Shown: positions 1 through 10,961, counted from the stretch's first letter. The stretch is 64,000 nt of DNA from an uncultured Pelagibacteraceae bacterium (GCA_902524595.1 CABZDS010000002.1:2793-66792), one strand, 5' to 3'. A program made the numbers and translations. Notes: generated from the letters alone by a model not told the origin.

Positions 1-398
1 TAAATAATGGCGGACTAGTTGATTTTTATATAAATCAATACTTAAATATTTATTTGGTTTGGAATACAGGGATTGGATTTGGTTTATTTTCCTCAGAAGA
101 CAAACTTTTCTATAACTTATTAACCGCAATTATTGTCATTATAAACATTGTAATATTGTATTTTGCTTTTATTGAAACAAAAATTAAATCTTTTTTTTTA
201 ATGATAATATTAGGAGGATCTTTAGGAAACTTATTTGACCGAGTTTATTACAGAGCCGTCCCAGACTTTATAGATTTAAATTATGCTGGATATCATTGGT
301 TTATTTTTAATGTTGCAGATATATTTATAACAATTGGAATTATATGTCTTATTTTCTCCGAATTTATATTTTATAAACAAAAAAGTAATGAGAAATAA
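1..398 (+). CDS. lspA: Lipoprotein signal peptidase II (5'-truncated by window edge)
   Basis: Motifs WNTGIGFG, GGSLGNLFDR, VPDFID, FNVADIFI; frame open back to window start. Confidence 0.95.
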   Translation, partial: NNGGLVDFYINQYLNIYLVWNTGIGFGLFSSEDKLFYNLLTAIIVIINIVILYFAFIETKIKSFFLMIILGGSLGNLFDRVYYRAVPDFIDLNYAGYHWFIFNVADIFITIGIICLIFSEFIFYKQKSNEK

Positions 399-702
399 AT
401 TTAGCTTAATTTTATCAATATTCTTAGTGCCTCTATTGGCTAACTGTGGAGGAGTAAAAGAAGCTTTGGAAGGTCAGAAAAGATCAGATCAAAGCGATGA
501 ATTTTTGGTTAAAAAAAAGAATCCTCTTCAAATGCCACCAGACATGAACAGATTACCCAAACCTGGAGATGACTTAGAGATAAAAAAATCTGATAATTCT
601 GAGGATGTAAAAGAATTACTTAAAATTAAAGAAAATAATTCTTCAAAGCAGAGTAGTAATGACTCAAATTTATTAAATGAAATGTTGAAGAAAATTGAAT
701 AA
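388..702 (+). CDS. DUF3035-like lipoprotein
   Basis: ATG at 388, signal peptide with lipobox LANC, DEFLVKKKNPLQMPPD motif; follows lspA as in alphaproteobacteria. Confidence 0.75.
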   Translation: MRNKFSLILSIFLVPLLANCGGVKEALEGQKRSDQSDEFLVKKKNPLQMPPDMNRLPKPGDDLEIKKSDNSEDVKELLKIKENNSSKQSSNDSNLLNEMLKKIE

Positions 703-705
703 TTA

Positions 706-1875
706 ATGAGAACAAAAAATATTAATTATGAAAATTTTAATTATAAATTAAATAAAGTTCAGCAAAAGAAAATTGTTAGTAGTCTAAACCTTAACAAGTT
801 AATTTTAAAATATCCTTTATTAAAATCACTTTGTTCAAATTATAAATACGGTGTCACAAAAAAAAATTTAAAAAAACTTAAAAAATATAAAAGTTATAAT
901 TTAATTGGTATGGGTGGATCTATTTTAGGTGCTCAAGCTATTTATGATTTTTTAATAAAAAAAATTAATAAAAAATTTATTTTTTTTAATAATTTAAAAA
1001 GTAATGAAAATTTCAGTAATGATAAAAAAAGCTTGAATATAGTTGTTTCAAAGTCAGGGAATACCCTAGAGACATTTGCAAATATTAATTTAATCTTAAG
1101 CCACCAAAAAAAAAACGACAACCTAATAATTACAGAAAATAAAAATAGTATTTTAAATAAATTGGCGACTAAAATAAAAGCAGATGTGATTGAACATAAA
1201 AATTACATTGGTGGAAGATACTCGGTACTTTCTGAAGTAGGAATGGTTCCAGCTGAACTGATGGGACTGAAAGAGAAAAAATTTAAAAGACTCAATTATC
1301 TCATAAAAAATAAGTTTTTTATAAAATTTTTAGTAAATAATGTTTTGTGTATTTATAAAAATATTAAACAAGGTAAAAGAAATTCTGTTATTTTAAATTA
1401 TGATGAGAGTTCAAATAATTTTTTAGAATGGTACAAACAATTAACAGCTGAAAGCTTGGGTAAAAGTAATAAAGGTTTATTTCCAATAATATCCACAATG
1501 CCAAAAGATAATCATAGTCTCTTACAACTATATTTAGATGGATATAAAAATAATTTTTTTACATTTTTTAGTTCAAAAAAATTTAAATCAAATAATTTTA
1601 GTAAATTGCACCTAATTAATGGTTATAAAAATTTAAAAAATAAAAATATTGATGACATTATTTATGCTCAAAAAAAAGCTACTCAAAATATTTTTAAAAA
1701 CAAAAAAATACCATTCAGATGCTTTGAAATATTGAATAAAAATGAAGAAGCTCTGGGCGAATTATTTTGTTTTTTTATATTAGAAACTTTACTTTTAGCC
1801 AAGCTTCTGAAAGTAAATCCTTTGGATCAGCCGTCAGTAGAATTGATAAAGAAAGAAACAAAAAAAATTTTATAA
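706..1875 (+). CDS. pgi: Glucose-6-phosphate isomerase (short form)
   Basis: IGMGGSILG, SKSGNTLET, IGGRYSV, QLTAESLGK, NPLDQPSVELIK motifs. Confidence 0.9.
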   Translation: MRTKNINYENFNYKLNKVQQKKIVSSLNLNKLILKYPLLKSLCSNYKYGVTKKNLKKLKKYKSYNLIGMGGSILGAQAIYDFLIKKINKKFIFFNNLKSNENFSNDKKSLNIVVSKSGNTLETFANINLILSHQKKNDNLIITENKNSILNKLATKIKADVIEHKNYIGGRYSVLSEVGMVPAELMGLKEKKFKRLNYLIKNKFFIKFLVNNVLCIYKNIKQGKRNSVILNYDESSNNFLEWYKQLTAESLGKSNKGLFPIISTMPKDNHSLLQLYLDGYKNNFFTFFSSKKFKSNNFSKLHLINGYKNLKNKNIDDIIYAQKKATQNIFKNKKIPFRCFEILNKNEEALGELFCFFILETLLLAKLLKVNPLDQPSVELIKKETKKIL

Positions 1876-2436
1876 TCTCATTCTTCCAAAGATTATATTT
1901 GAAACACCATAGTTTTGTTCTCTAGATATTTTAAATTCTTCAATTAATTCATCTTTGTACTTCTTGTTTCTGTGTATAATTATTAAAGTATTTTCTTGAG
2001 CTATTTTTAAATTTTTAATTTTTTCTAACAATTTATTTATATTTTTATCTTTAAAAGGTGGATCTAGATAAATTAAATCTACTTTTTTGTGGTCTATATC
2101 TTCATTTGAGATTTTATATGCATCTTTTTCTGAAATTATTGAACTTTTACTAAGATTTAGATTTTCTAAATTTTCTTTTAATATTGTTAAAGAAGGTTTG
2201 TAATTCTCAAAAAAATAAACTTCTTTGACACCTCTAGATAAACATTCAATACCAAATGAACCTGATCCAGAGAACAAATCTAAAATAACATTATCTTTAA
2301 AATTTATTTTTTCATTTTTTGAGTGTTCTAAGATATTAAATATCGATTCTCTAACTATATCTTTTAGTGGCCTGGTAATTTTATCTGTGGGATTTTGAAT
2401 TATCTTACCTTTAAGATTTCCACTTATTACTCTCAT
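1870..2436 (-). CDS. rsmD: 16S rRNA m2G966 methyltransferase
   Basis: MRVISG, TRP..D.VRESIFN, LDLFSGSGSFGIE, LDPPF. Confidence 0.93.
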   Translation of the reverse strand: MRVISGNLKGKIIQNPTDKITRPLKDIVRESIFNILEHSKNEKINFKDNVILDLFSGSGSFGIECLSRGVKEVYFFENYKPSLTILKENLENLNLSKSSIISEKDAYKISNEDIDHKKVDLIYLDPPFKDKNINKLLEKIKNLKIAQENTLIIIHRNKKYKDELIEEFKISREQNYGVSNIIFGRMRL

Positions 2437-3698
2437 TCATTTATCACCTTATGTCCTATGTCAGATCTATAAAAACCATGTTTCCAATTTAATTTTTCTA
2501 ACCGTCTTATAATTTCTTTTCTACTAAACGAAAAATTATTTGAAATATTTACAAAATTTACTACACGACCTCCAATTGCAAAAGTTTTATTTCCAGTTTT
2601 CTTCGTACCTGCGTGGAAAGTAAAGTTTTCACCAGAAGATTTAAATTTATCTAAATCATTTATCTCAACATTTTTATTATATTTATCTGGATACCCTTTG
2701 GAACATAATACAATACACATGCTTTTTTTATTTTTCCATTTTATTTCTTGATTTTCTAATCTTGAATTACAACAGGCATCTATAATATCAACTAGATCAT
2801 TATTTATTAATGGCAAAATTGTCTGACACTCTGGATCTCCCATTCTTACATTGTATTCTATAAGAAATGGTTCGTTATTTTTTATCATTAATCCTGCATA
2901 CAAAAAACCAACATATTTTGTATTCATTTCTTTTACAGCTTTTAATGTAGGTTCTATTATTTTTTTTAAAATTTTGTCTTCTAAATCTTTATTAATTAAA
3001 CTTGACGGCGAATAAGCTCCCATTCCACCTGTATTTTTACCAGTATCACCTTCTCCCACTTTTTTATGATCTTGTGCTGTATTAAAAGTTTTATATGTTA
3101 TCCCATCTGAAATAATGAAAAAACTCATCTCGTCACCTTCTAAAAATTCCTCAATTAAAAGTTGCTCTGTTTTACCAAATTTACCATCAAAAATTTCAGT
3201 GATAGCATTTTTAGCATCATTAATTTCTTTACAAATGTAAACACCTTTTCCTGCAGCTAACACATCTGCTTTTATAACAAGTGGAAAAGTAGATGATGAT
3301 AAAAACTCAAATGCATTTTCTTTTGTATTACAAATTTTAAATTTGGCTGTAGGAATATTATATTTTTCACAGATTTTTTTTGTAAATATTTTTGACCCTT
3401 CTAATTGAGCTACAGCTTTATTAGGTCCAAATACTTTTATTTTTTTTTTTAAGAGAAAATCAACTATTCCTTCAACCAAAGGTTTTTCAGGACCAATAAT
3501 AACTAATTCAATTTTTTCTTTACAAAAAAAATCATACAAATCCTCTAAATTATTTGGATCTATATCAATATTAGTCGATATTCCATCTGTGCCCGCATTT
3601 CCAGGTATACTGTATAATTTAATTAATTTTTTAGATTTACTTAATTGATAAGCTAATGCGTGTTCTCTTCCGCCACTTCCAATAATTGCAATTCTCAT
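2433..3698 (-). CDS. purD: Phosphoribosylamine-glycine ligase
   Basis: GSGGREHALA, GPEKPL, LEGSK, QDHKK..EGDTG.NTGGMG, EYNVRMGDPE. Confidence 0.97.
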   Translation of the reverse strand: MRIAIIGSGGREHALAYQLSKSKKLIKLYSIPGNAGTDGISTNIDIDPNNLEDLYDFFCKEKIELVIIGPEKPLVEGIVDFLLKKKIKVFGPNKAVAQLEGSKIFTKKICEKYNIPTAKFKICNTKENAFEFLSSSTFPLVIKADVLAAGKGVYICKEINDAKNAITEIFDGKFGKTEQLLIEEFLEGDEMSFFIISDGITYKTFNTAQDHKKVGEGDTGKNTGGMGAYSPSSLINKDLEDKILKKIIEPTLKAVKEMNTKYVGFLYAGLMIKNNEPFLIEYNVRMGDPECQTILPLINNDLVDIIDACCNSRLENQEIKWKNKKSMCIVLCSKGYPDKYNKNVEINDLDKFKSSGENFTFHAGTKKTGNKTFAIGGRVVNFVNISNNFSFSRKEIIRRLEKLNWKHGFYRSDIGHKVINE

Positions 3699-3720
3699 TT
3701 AGTAAATATATATCTTAAAT

Positions 3721-3918
3721 ATGTTAAATAAGTTAGCTAAATTAAAATACTTAGCAAACAATTTTGAAATTATAGAGGACGGTGACCATGTTATTTGTGC
3801 TGTTTCACAAAAAAAAATACCACTCGAAAATCTTACTTACTGGAATGTTGAAGAACAAGAAGCGTATTTTTCTTACATAGAGGCTTCGATTAAGAGAGAT
3901 ACATTAATTAAAAGTTGA
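3721..3918 (+). CDS. DUF2093 family small protein
   Basis: GDHVICAVS..KIPLE.L.YWNV..QEAY pattern. Confidence 0.75.
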   Translation: MLNKLAKLKYLANNFEIIEDGDHVICAVSQKKIPLENLTYWNVEEQEAYFSYIEASIKRDTLIKS

Positions 3919-4779
3919 TTATTTTTTCCACCTATCGTGTGTCCAAATCCACTGATCTATATTTTTTAAAATCATTTTCTCAAGAATTTTATTTAAATGC
4001 TCTGTTATTTCTTTGATTGATTTATTATTTCCAATTTTAATTGGTGCAGAAATAAACATCTTAAAATAACACTTTCTCTCTCTCTCAATATATATTGGAA
4101 CTAATTCACATTTATATTTTTTAATTAATTGAGCGGGAATAGTTGTTGTAGTAGCTGGCTTGCCAAAAAAATTAGTTTTTATTCCTTCCCTAACTCTTTG
4201 ATCAATCATAAGAGCAACTGACCTACCTTTTTTTAAATTCTCAATTATTTGTCTTGTTCCAGATCTACCTTTTCTTATTTGATTTTTACATATAAATTTT
4301 TTTCGTATTTCTTCCATTGTGCTATTAAGAAATATATTGTTTAAAGGTCTATAAATAGTACACAATTCTATGCCTGCTTTTTCTATTTGAAGCGCCATCA
4401 ATTCAAAGTTGTTGAAGTGTCCTGAAATAAATACGGCCCTTTTCTTATCCTTTTTAATTTTATTTAAGTTTTCAATACCTTCAATTTCAATGAATTTATT
4501 TAAATTGTTATTTCTAAATTCCTTAAGAAATGGATATTCTGCAAGTATTCTTCCGTAATTACCATAAACTTTGTTTACAAGTTTATTGTACTTTGTCTTA
4601 TCAACTACCCCTGATTGATCTAAATTTTTATTTACTAATTTTCTTGACCTAAATATTGGCCCTAAAAAACGTCCAATGAAATATCCTAAATTAGATCCAT
4701 TTTTATATCCAATAATTTTTAAGATAAAAAAAAATAATTTAATTAATATAAATTCAATAAAATAAAAAATTTTTCTCAT
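3919..4779 (-). CDS. lpxL: Lipid A biosynthesis acyltransferase (LpxL/HtrB family)
   Basis: GHFNNFE, YRPLNN, MIDQ, QWIWTHDRWK; in lipid A cluster. Confidence 0.85.
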   Translation of the reverse strand: MRKIFYFIEFILIKLFFFILKIIGYKNGSNLGYFIGRFLGPIFRSRKLVNKNLDQSGVVDKTKYNKLVNKVYGNYGRILAEYPFLKEFRNNNLNKFIEIEGIENLNKIKKDKKRAVFISGHFNNFELMALQIEKAGIELCTIYRPLNNIFLNSTMEEIRKKFICKNQIRKGRSGTRQIIENLKKGRSVALMIDQRVREGIKTNFFGKPATTTTIPAQLIKKYKCELVPIYIERERKCYFKMFISAPIKIGNNKSIKEITEHLNKILEKMILKNIDQWIWTHDRWKK

Positions 4780-5699
4780 ATTCTTTTCATTAAAAAATTT
4801 TTAAATCCCATTTCGTTTTCAATTTTTAATTCTATCTTTAAATATTGAATATTTTTTTTTTGGGTCTTTGATAATCGATTATAATCCTTTTCACTAGTTA
4901 CAATTTTTAATTTATTACTTTTAGCTATTTTATTTATATTTTTAATATCTGAACTTGTATAACTATAATGATCAGGAAAGGTTATTTTTTTTTTTATTTT
5001 AAATTTATATTTTTTTAATGTCTTTTCAAATTCTTTTGGATTACCAATTCCTGAAAACATTAAAAAGTTATCCCTAAGTTTAAAGTCTTTAATATTTTTT
5101 GGATTATATTTTGCTCTAAATATTCTTAAGGAAGGATTTAATTCTCTAAGATATTTTTCAAAATTTGTACTATTTTTTTCACCATTCAAAAATGCTATAT
5201 CGTAATCCATAATTTTAGAAATTCTTTCTCTTAATGGTCCTGCCGGAATTACTAATCCATTGCCAATGAGATCTGAACTGTTAAAACAAGCAATAGAAAC
5301 GTTATAATTTAAACTTTTTTCTTGTAAACCATCGTCTAGAATAGCCACATGGTATTTATTCTGCTGTGCAATTTTAAGTGCAATATCTCTAAAATTTGAA
5401 CAGATCAATTCCCCATATTTAGATAAAATATTTTGTTCGTCAATTTGATTAGAGTACTTCTTTTTTATAAACACAGTTTTAAATTTATATTTTAAAATTT
5501 CGTTAATTTTTAAGACCAATGGTGTTTTTCCGGTTCCACCTAAGTAAATATTTCCAACACAGACGGTTTTAATTTTGAAATATTTTTTAGAACTAAATGA
5601 TTTGATAATATTATAAATTATTGTTAGTAAACTCAATGGAATAAGTAATAATGATATTAAATTAAAACTATCCCAAAAAACGGGTCTTTTCATTTTCAT
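4776..5699 (-). CDS. lpxK: Tetraacyldisaccharide 4'-kinase
   Basis: VGNIYLGGTGKTP, LDDGLQ, PAGPLRE, FPDHY. Confidence 0.95.
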   Translation of the reverse strand: MKMKRPVFWDSFNLISLLLIPLSLLTIIYNIIKSFSSKKYFKIKTVCVGNIYLGGTGKTPLVLKINEILKYKFKTVFIKKKYSNQIDEQNILSKYGELICSNFRDIALKIAQQNKYHVAILDDGLQEKSLNYNVSIACFNSSDLIGNGLVIPAGPLRERISKIMDYDIAFLNGEKNSTNFEKYLRELNPSLRIFRAKYNPKNIKDFKLRDNFLMFSGIGNPKEFEKTLKKYKFKIKKKITFPDHYSYTSSDIKNINKIAKSNKLKIVTSEKDYNRLSKTQKKNIQYLKIELKIENEMGFKNFLMKRI

Positions 5700-6928
5700 T
5701 ATAAATAATTTTGAATTACTTTGATATTTTCTTTAAAAATTCTTCTTCCTAAATCATCAATTCGTTTAATTTTATTTTTTGATTTTTTGTAGTTATATTT
5801 TCTTACAAATACTTGTTTCATTTCACTGATATTTTTAACTTGTGAGGAAATTTCATAATTTTTTAATTCTTTGTAAATTTCCTTAAAATTTTCTATTTTT
5901 CTACCATGCATTACGTAATTTCCCATTCTAACAGCTTCCAATGGATTTTGTCCCCCATGATTTATTATTGAACCTCCAATAAAAGCCAAATTTGAAAGTT
6001 CTAAAAAATTTGACATTTCTCCATAGGTATCAACGATTAATACATCGCAATCATTTGATCGTTTCAACCCATTTGATCTTTTAATAACTTTAAGTTTTAA
6101 ATTCTTTAAGTCTTTTATGATATCTTCCGATCTATTTATATGCCTAGGTATAATTATTGTAATTAGATTTTTAAATTTTTGCTTTAGATCTAAGTGCAAT
6201 CTAGCAATTATAATTTCTTCATTATAATGTGTACTAGCTGCACAAAAAACTAACTTATTTTTGAAATATTTTTTAATATTTGCTTTTGAAATTGATTTGT
6301 CATTTTTAAAGTATTTTAAATTTCCAATAAATTTTATTTTTTTTACTCCTAATCTATTTAAATAATCTATAGTTTTTTTATTTTGAGGTAATGCAATAGA
6401 AACTTTGCTAAAAATATTATTAGCAAATGAAGGTATTTTGCTCCATCTTTCGAAGCTTTTTTTAGTTATTCTACCATTAATCAAAATTATAGGTATTTTT
6501 TTTGAATATAATCTTTCGTACATATTTGGCCAAATTTCTGAGTCGACAAAAATTGCGATTTTAGGCTTCCATTTTTTTAGAAAATTATCGCAAATAAAAC
6601 CTATATCAAAAGGGTAATAATTATGGGTAGTTTTTTTAAAATTTTGTCTTTTAATAATTGAAGCTGAACTTGTTGTACTTGAGGTAAGTAAAATTTTTTT
6701 TATTTTTTTATTATCCTCAAATTTTTTTATTATGGGTAAAATAGTCATTATTTCTCCAACACTTGCCCCATGAAACCATATAGTTTGAATATTATTATTT
6801 TTAATATTCAATGAATATTTTTCTAAAAATCTATTTTTGTCTTCTTTTCCAGAGATTATTCTTATTAAAATTATGAATGGGGAAAGTATTAAAAATACTA
6901 TTCCAAAGATATTATAAAGAAAGATCAT
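5699..6928 (-). CDS. waaA: Kdo transferase
   Basis: WFHGASVGE, DSEIWPN, AASTH, IPRH, GGQNPLE. Confidence 0.95.
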   Translation of the reverse strand: MIFLYNIFGIVFLILSPFIILIRIISGKEDKNRFLEKYSLNIKNNNIQTIWFHGASVGEIMTILPIIKKFEDNKKIKKILLTSSTTSSASIIKRQNFKKTTHNYYPFDIGFICDNFLKKWKPKIAIFVDSEIWPNMYERLYSKKIPIILINGRITKKSFERWSKIPSFANNIFSKVSIALPQNKKTIDYLNRLGVKKIKFIGNLKYFKNDKSISKANIKKYFKNKLVFCAASTHYNEEIIIARLHLDLKQKFKNLITIIIPRHINRSEDIIKDLKNLKLKVIKRSNGLKRSNDCDVLIVDTYGEMSNFLELSNLAFIGGSIINHGGQNPLEAVRMGNYVMHGRKIENFKEIYKELKNYEISSQVKNISEMKQVFVRKYNYKKSKNKIKRIDDLGRRIFKENIKVIQNYL

Positions 6929-8670
6929 TAATTATTTTTGATCTGTCTATCATAGAAATTTTTATAAAGAGATGAATTTTTAAGGAGTTCCGTATGTTTT
7001 CCAAAACTTTGTACAGAACCTTTATCTATTACATAAATATTTTCTGAATTAAGTATTGTTGATAGTCTGTGAGCAATTACAACGGTTGTTTTATTTTTTG
7101 TCAGTTCTTCCAAAGCTTTTTGTATTTTCTCTTCTGTTTCAGAGTCTAGAGAAGAGGTCGCTTCATCTAATAAAATTATTTTACTGTCTTTTAAAAGAGC
7201 TCTAGCTATAGACAATCGCTGCTTTTCTCCCCCTGATAATTTAACCCCATTTTCTCCTATAAATGTTTCAAATTTGCTATCTAATTTTTCAATGAAGTCT
7301 GTACTCATAGAAATTTTTGCAGCTTTGTAAACTTCCTCATCAGTTGCTGAAGGTTTTGCATACTTAATATTATTAAAAACTGTATCATCAAATAGAGTAG
7401 TATTTTGATCTACTATTGATATTTCTTTTCTTAAAGAAGCAAGGTTTACTTCTTTGATATTTTGGTTATCTATCGATATTTCACCTTCATTTGTCTCATA
7501 AATTCTAGGTATTAAGTTTAATATCGTCGATTTTCCAGAACCACTATGACCAACTAAAGCTGTCATTTTTTTTCCCGCAATATCTATATTAATATTTTTC
7601 AACACAATATTTTTTGTATTGGAATTATACTTAAAACTTAAATTTTTTATTTTAATTGAAGCGTTATCAATTTTTAAGTGATTTCCATTTTCGTTTTTTG
7701 ATATTTTATTTTTTTGATCAACGATTGGTATAATTCTTTTGGCTGCTGATAATCCTTGACCAAAAGCTATATTGACTGTAGCGAGTGACTTAACTGGTTG
7801 ATAAGCCAACATCATTGCAGCTAAAAATGAAAAAAAGTTGTTAATACTTAATTGTCCACTCATAATCATTTTCCCAGAAAAAAAAATTAGAATAGCAATC
7901 ATAATTCCAGTTAATATTTCCATAATAGGCGTAGATCTTATAAAAACTGTAAGAATTTTGATTGATTTTTCTTTTAGTTCATCAACAAATTTTTCAGATC
8001 TCTCATTTTCATAACTTTCTCTTTGAAAAATTTTTATTATTTTATGATTTTTAAATAAATCGACTAAATACTTATTTAAATCTCCTGATTTTTCTTGTGC
8101 CTCGGTAGTAACTTTTTTAATTCTTTTTCCCAATTTTTTAGCAGTAAATGTTGCAATTGGTATCATTATAATTGCAATTAAAGATAGTCTCCAATTTTGA
8201 AAAAACATTACAAGTAATAATCCAATTAGTGTAAGTCCATCTTTGAATAAATTTAAAATTGCATTACTCAACATTGCGGTAATTTGATTTACATCAAAAT
8301 TTAAATTTGAAATATATTTTCCAGTGTGTTTATCTTCAATCATTTCTGTATCTGCTTTGATAAATGATGACAACATGTCAATTTGAATATTTTTTTTTAC
8401 TTCTTCAGATGTTCTTATCATTAAAACTTTTGCAATGTATAAAGAAATTCCTTTAGTCGAAAATGCAGTAATTATTAATATTGGAATTACTAAAATTAAA
8501 CTTTGATCTTTATTTAAAAAAATCTTCTCTATTGCTGGATCTAATAGCCAGGCAGTAGCTGAAGTACTTCCCGCTACAAGTATTGAAAAAATTAGAGCAA
8601 AAATAATTTTTCCAAGATGTTTTTTTGTGTAATCAATATATAATCGGAAAATAATTTCTTTATCATTCAT
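6928..8670 (-). CDS. msbA: Lipid A flippase-type ABC transporter (fused TMD-NBD)
   Basis: N-terminal TM domain, GHSGSGKST, LSGGEKQR, LLDEATS; adjacent to waaA/lpxK. Confidence 0.88.
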   Translation of the reverse strand: MNDKEIIFRLYIDYTKKHLGKIIFALIFSILVAGSTSATAWLLDPAIEKIFLNKDQSLILVIPILIITAFSTKGISLYIAKVLMIRTSEEVKKNIQIDMLSSFIKADTEMIEDKHTGKYISNLNFDVNQITAMLSNAILNLFKDGLTLIGLLLVMFFQNWRLSLIAIIMIPIATFTAKKLGKRIKKVTTEAQEKSGDLNKYLVDLFKNHKIIKIFQRESYENERSEKFVDELKEKSIKILTVFIRSTPIMEILTGIMIAILIFFSGKMIMSGQLSINNFFSFLAAMMLAYQPVKSLATVNIAFGQGLSAAKRIIPIVDQKNKISKNENGNHLKIDNASIKIKNLSFKYNSNTKNIVLKNINIDIAGKKMTALVGHSGSGKSTILNLIPRIYETNEGEISIDNQNIKEVNLASLRKEISIVDQNTTLFDDTVFNNIKYAKPSATDEEVYKAAKISMSTDFIEKLDSKFETFIGENGVKLSGGEKQRLSIARALLKDSKIILLDEATSSLDSETEEKIQKALEELTKNKTTVVIAHRLSTILNSENIYVIDKGSVQSFGKHTELLKNSSLYKNFYDRQIKNN

Positions 8671-8671
8671 A

Positions 8672-9541
8672 TTAAAAAACTTTACCTATTATAATATTTG
8701 TCAGAATTATTAATCCCAATAAATTATTACTTTTGAATTTTGCTAGACAATTTCTTTCATCATTTACATTTAAACTAAATACTTGAAAATAAAATAAATG
8801 TAATATCGGAACAATAAGCGATAAATAAAAAAATAAATTATATTCCATTAAAAACCCCACAATAAATAATGCTGAGATAAAAACTAAATAACTAAATGAA
8901 ATAAATTTCTTTGGGTTATTTTTGAATTTTATCGAAGTTGATTTGACTCCTATGATCTCATCATCATTAATATCTTGATACCCATATATAGTGTCGTAAC
9001 CTAATGTCCAAAATGTGGCTCCTAAATAAAATATAATTGGTATAATAGAGACTTCATTTTGAATGGATATCCATGCCAAAAGTAGACCGTAATTAAAAGT
9101 AATACCTAAAAAAAGTTGAGGCCAGTAAGTAAATCTTTTCATTAATGGATATGTAAAAGCCAATGGCATTGAAAGAAGAGCCATATAAATAGTAAATTTG
9201 TTAAAATTTATCAAAATTAAAAACGCAATTAAACATAAAATTGCAGCATATATTGCAGCATTAAATACTGAAATTTTTTCTGACGCGATTGGTCTATTTT
9301 TTGTTCTTTCGACTAACTTATCAATTTTTCTATCACTTATATCGTTAACAATACATCCTGCAGATCTCATAAGAACAGATCCAGAAAAAAATAAAAAAGC
9401 ATAAACAAAATAAGAAGTTAAAGAAAGAGAAAAATCATATGAAATTGTTAAACCCCAAACGCATGGCCAAAATAGAAGCATGAAACCAATTGGTTTATTT
9501 AGTCTTGTTAATTCAATAAAAATTTTAACCTTTTCAGACAT
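8672..9541 (-). CDS. ubiA: 4-hydroxybenzoate octaprenyltransferase
   Basis: RLNKPIG, MRSAGCIVND..DRKID..VERTKNRP, YDTIYGYQD. Confidence 0.95.
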   Translation of the reverse strand: MSEKVKIFIELTRLNKPIGFMLLFWPCVWGLTISYDFSLSLTSYFVYAFLFFSGSVLMRSAGCIVNDISDRKIDKLVERTKNRPIASEKISVFNAAIYAAILCLIAFLILINFNKFTIYMALLSMPLAFTYPLMKRFTYWPQLFLGITFNYGLLLAWISIQNEVSIIPIIFYLGATFWTLGYDTIYGYQDINDDEIIGVKSTSIKFKNNPKKFISFSYLVFISALFIVGFLMEYNLFFYLSLIVPILHLFYFQVFSLNVNDERNCLAKFKSNNLLGLIILTNIIIGKVF

Positions 9542-9590
9542 AATTTACTTGTAAATAACAAAGCGTAGATTCATAATCAAACTGATTCGC

Positions 9591-9998
9591 ATGAATATTG
9601 ATTACACTGTTACCGCATTAATGTTTCCCGCCATTCCTCTTATTATGGCTGTCTATAGTAACAGATTTCATACATTAAGTGGTTTGATTAGAAAAATACA
9701 CGACGAATATGTTTTTGAAAAGCATACTCCACCAGAGTGGAAGCAGCAGCTAATTAATTTAAATGATAGAGTAAAAAATTTAAGGATTACTATACTTTTT
9801 GCAGCATTTGGTTTCTTATTTAATATGCTTACAGTTTTTGCTCTTTATTTAGAGACATATTTTTTAGCTAGAATAATCTTTGGGTCTTGTTGTTTATCGA
9901 TGATGGTATCAATAATATTTTTTATAAGAGAAATACAAATCTCGACCAGAGCGTTAAGACTTCATCTTTCAGATATGGATGATCAATTTAAGGAATAA
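9591..9998 (+). CDS. DUF2721-like membrane protein
   Basis: FPAIPL...YSNRF motif, three hydrophobic segments, EIQIS..AL. Confidence 0.65.
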   Translation: MNIDYTVTALMFPAIPLIMAVYSNRFHTLSGLIRKIHDEYVFEKHTPPEWKQQLINLNDRVKNLRITILFAAFGFLFNMLTVFALYLETYFLARIIFGSCCLSMMVSIIFFIREIQISTRALRLHLSDMDDQFKE

Positions 9999-10959
9999 TA
10001 ACTGCTGGTCCTGTTAAAACTCTATTCTCTAAATCTATGTGAGCTTGTTTAGCTTCACTTAATTTATATTTTTTAGAAACTTCAATTTTTATTTTTCCTG
10101 AGAGAACTGCATCAAAGACCAATTTAGCAGATTTTTCTAATTCATCTCTTGTAATTGTATAATGCATTATGGACGGTCTTGTAAAAAAAAGACCTTTTGT
10201 ATTTATATGTTTTTTGACATCTATAGTGTGAACATATCCTGATGCATTTCCAAATGCTACCATCATCCCTCTAATTTTTAAACATTCTATTGATCCCTCA
10301 AAAGTTTTTGCTCCTACACCATCATAGACAACATCTATTCCATTTTTACCTACAATTTTTTCAACTTCTTCCACAAAATTATGATCTGTATAATTGATGA
10401 CATGATGACACCCATTTTTTTTTGCTATTTCAACTTTTTCTTTAGATCCGACTGTTCCAATAACTTCACATCCTAATGCATTAGCCCACTGGCATAATAT
10501 TTGACCAACACCACCAGCTGCAGCATGAAATAAAACTTTATCTCCTTTTTTTACAGCATATGACCTGTGTAATAAATATTCTGATGTTATTCCTTTTAAT
10601 AAAATGCAGGAAGCTATTTCTTCTGAAATACCTTCTGGCACTGTGACTAATTTTTCTTCTGGCATTATTTGTTTTTCTGAGTATCCACTTATTGGAGCAG
10701 ATGCATGACTTACTCGATCTCCAACTTTAAAAAGACTTACTTCAGAGCCAATTTCTTCAACTACTCCAGATGCTTCTAATCCAAGTCCACTTGGTAACTC
10801 AATCGGATACAAACCTGTTCGATGGTAAACATCAATATAATTAAGTCCAACTGACAGATTTTTAACAAGAACTTCTTTTGGACCAGGTTTACCGATTTCG
10901 ATATCCTTGTATTCTAAAACTTCTGGGCCTCCAAACTTTTCAAATCTTATAGCTTTCAT
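9988..10959 (-). CDS. qor: NADPH:quinone oxidoreductase (zeta-crystallin family)
   Basis: GGPEVL, GLNYIDVYHRTGLY, HAAAGGVG, YDGVG, FFTRPS. Confidence 0.92.
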   Translation of the reverse strand: MKAIRFEKFGGPEVLEYKDIEIGKPGPKEVLVKNLSVGLNYIDVYHRTGLYPIELPSGLGLEASGVVEEIGSEVSLFKVGDRVSHASAPISGYSEKQIMPEEKLVTVPEGISEEIASCILLKGITSEYLLHRSYAVKKGDKVLFHAAAGGVGQILCQWANALGCEVIGTVGSKEKVEIAKKNGCHHVINYTDHNFVEEVEKIVGKNGIDVVYDGVGAKTFEGSIECLKIRGMMVAFGNASGYVHTIDVKKHINTKGLFFTRPSIMHYTITRDELEKSAKLVFDAVLSGKIKIEVSKKYKLSEAKQAHIDLENRVLTGPAVIIP

Positions 10960-10961
10960 AT

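Noticed and set aside
4985-4995. T11 homopolymer in lpxK (and similar A/T runs) as phase-variation tracts
   Set aside because: In-frame Lys codon runs, ubiquitous at this base composition.
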